Assembly: GCA_002269645.1 (NCBI GenBank)
Contig: NIVC01001117.1
Location: 166,763 to 230,762 of the forward strand
Source of the DNA: Macrostomum lignano
Taxonomy: Eukaryota
Length of the DNA stretch: 64,000 bases
Direction: 5' to 3'
Positions 62,250-64,000 of the stretch are shown piece by piece. Every line of letters begins with the position of its first letter. Position 1 is the stretch's first letter. Both the position numbers and the translations under genes were made by a program. The notes beneath the pieces are model-generated. The model searched no databases. It had not been told where the DNA came from and saw only the letters and a program-made list of their open reading frames with translations.

Positions 62250-62770
62250 ATTTGGGCTCCTGACACTAATCTGGGCTCCTGACACTTATCTGGGCTCCTG
62301 ACACTTATCTGGGCTCCTGACACTTATCTGGGCTCCTGACACTGACTTTGGTGTTACTGACGCTTATTTGGGCTCCTGACGCTTATTTGGGCTCCTGACG
62401 CTTATTTGGGCTCCTGACACTTATCTGGCCTTCTGACACTGGCTTTGGTGTTACTGACGCTTATTTGGGCTCCTGACACTTATCTGGCCTCCTGACACTT
62501 GCTAGATAAGTGTCAGGTGTTACTGACGCAACCTATAACAACCTATAAGAGGCTTTGGTGTTACTGACGCTTATTTGGGCTCCTGACACTTATTTGGGCT
62601 CCTGACACTTATTTGGGCTCCTGACACTTATTTGGGCTCCTGACACTTATTTGGGCTCCTGACACTTATTTGGGCTCCTGACACAGCTTTTGATGTTACT
62701 GACACTTATTTGGGCTCTTGACACTTCTTGGGCTACTGACATTTTTCGGCTACTGAGACTTATTAGGGCT
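62250..62770. repeat. 19-bp minisatellite (gggctcctgacacttattt) between FTSJ3 and THOC1
   Basis: Period 19, decaying to about 63060. Confidence 0.93.
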
Positions 62771-63260
62771 CTGATACTGATTCATTTGGCTTTTGGTTTT
62801 TCGAATTTTATTTTCTGGGAGTCATTTTAGTGCCCTTGATACTTATGTAGACTTCTGGCACTCATTTTGGTGCCCCTGACACATATTTGGGCTTCTGACA
62901 TTCTTTTTGGCCTACTAACATCCAGGCCTTCTTCCTGACACTACTATGGGCTTCCCCGACACTATCTTGCCGTGCCTGATACTTATTGCCGTCTCTGACA
63001 CCTCTGTTTTTCCGACACTCATTTGGAATTGCCAGTGACACTTTTTCGTACCTTCTGACACTCATTTTTGATGTCTAAATTGAGCTGGATAAATTAACTT
63101 AGTTAAATTTGTAGTTAACAATTGATTTTTTATGCTGACTACTAAAAGTAATCTAAATAACATTTCTCGTATCTTATTCTTGAATTCATGACCGAATCAA
63201 TTGGCTGCTGCTGTTAAAGAAAATCACGCATACACAAATAGCAATCATATTGAGCCCCAA

Positions 63261-64000
63261 ATGTCGGTACTTGAGTACACTAACCAGCTGGCCCAGCTGC
63301 TGCTAACTGGCTTGACATCGACTCCTCCAACTGAGCCGGATAAGCTGAAAGATAGTTTAAAATCGGCAAAGTCGCCGAGTCAATGCTCAGCTGACGATAG
63401 GAAATCGGCATTAGATCAAGCGTTTAGAGACTGCGCCAGATCTGTAGCGGCCTTCACAGATGAGGCTAAACGCATGAGCTCGATTGGTAGGCTAGTAGAT
63501 CTCAGCGTTCGAGTTGCTAGCCGCGAAGCCGAAGACATGTGCAGCGCTAGCCTGCCGTTTCTAATCTTATCGGATGTATTCGAGCTGACGCCAATTAGCG
63601 AGTGCGAGCGAGTGTTCGGCCTGCTAGAGGATCGAGTGTCGGATTTGAGTTCGCCGGCACTGTTTACCTCTGGCAAGAGTCTGCTACTGCGCATGTGCAA
63701 TGATCTGCTCAGGCGCCTGTCAAAAAGTCGCAACACGGTATTCTGCGGCCGAATCCAACTGTTCTTTTCTAGGCTATTCCCATTGGATGATAAGTCTGGC
63801 ATTAATTTTATGTCGCATTTCAATGCCGATTTTGTTAATTACGCTAAGAGCGCCGAGTCGGAACCGGCTGGTAGCGGTCACACCGCTTTCTATATGAAAT
63901 TCTGGACTCTGCAGCAGTACTTCCGCCAGCCGGCTCTGTGCTATCAGGCAGCTAATTGGTCTAACCTGTGCACCAGTGTTGACACTCTGTTAGACACATT
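63261..64000 (+). CDS. THOC1: THO complex subunit 1 (Hpr1), 5' part running off the window
   Basis: Manual translation from the ATG at 63261 gives PFLILSDVFE...LLRMCNDLLRRLSKSRNTVFCGRIQLFFSRLFPLDDKSGINFMSHFN...FWTLQQYFRQP. Absent from the ORF track because there is no stop. Confidence 0.92.
   Translation, partial: MSVLEYTNQLAQLLLTGLTSTPPTEPDKLKDSLKSAKSPSQCSADDRKSALDQAFRDCARSVAAFTDEAKRMSSIGRLVDLSVRVASREAEDMCSASLPFLILSDVFELTPISECERVFGLLEDRVSDLSSPALFTSGKSLLLRMCNDLLRRLSKSRNTVFCGRIQLFFSRLFPLDDKSGINFMSHFNADFVNYAKSAESEPAGSGHTAFYMKFWTLQQYFRQPALCYQAANWSNLCTSVDTLLDT

Overview
Eukaryotic (animal) genomic DNA. GC-rich, intron-poor genes alternate with AT-rich spacers and about 16 unrelated minisatellite arrays. 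The style suggests a flatworm such as Macrostomum, but that is inference only. Host genes: hormone-sensitive lipase (3' exon), endoplasmin/HSP90B1 (one frameshift, KEEL on a micro-exon), ABTB1, a TSC22/bunched-like gene, a compact EVI1/Hamlet/EGL-43-like zinc-finger gene, a PDPR-like FAD oxidoreductase, an unknown disordered protein with an RVxF motif, FTSJ3/Spb1 and the 5' part of THOC1. The most striking object is a 10.6-kb foldback DNA transposon (7020-17655). It has about 1.9/2.3-kb nearly identical inverted arms with internal satellites and a target-site duplication. It encodes a NOF-FB/Mutator-like DDE transposase followed by a USP-type (peptidase C19) deubiquitinase-like domain, and sits 30 bp upstream of an ERSE-like element in the endoplasmin promoter. 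Also present: a decayed FLYWCH-MULE, a hAT-like MITE, palindromic elements, a possible Crypton-like fragment and a possible LTR remnant. All protein assignments come from motif recognition by eye, not database searches.
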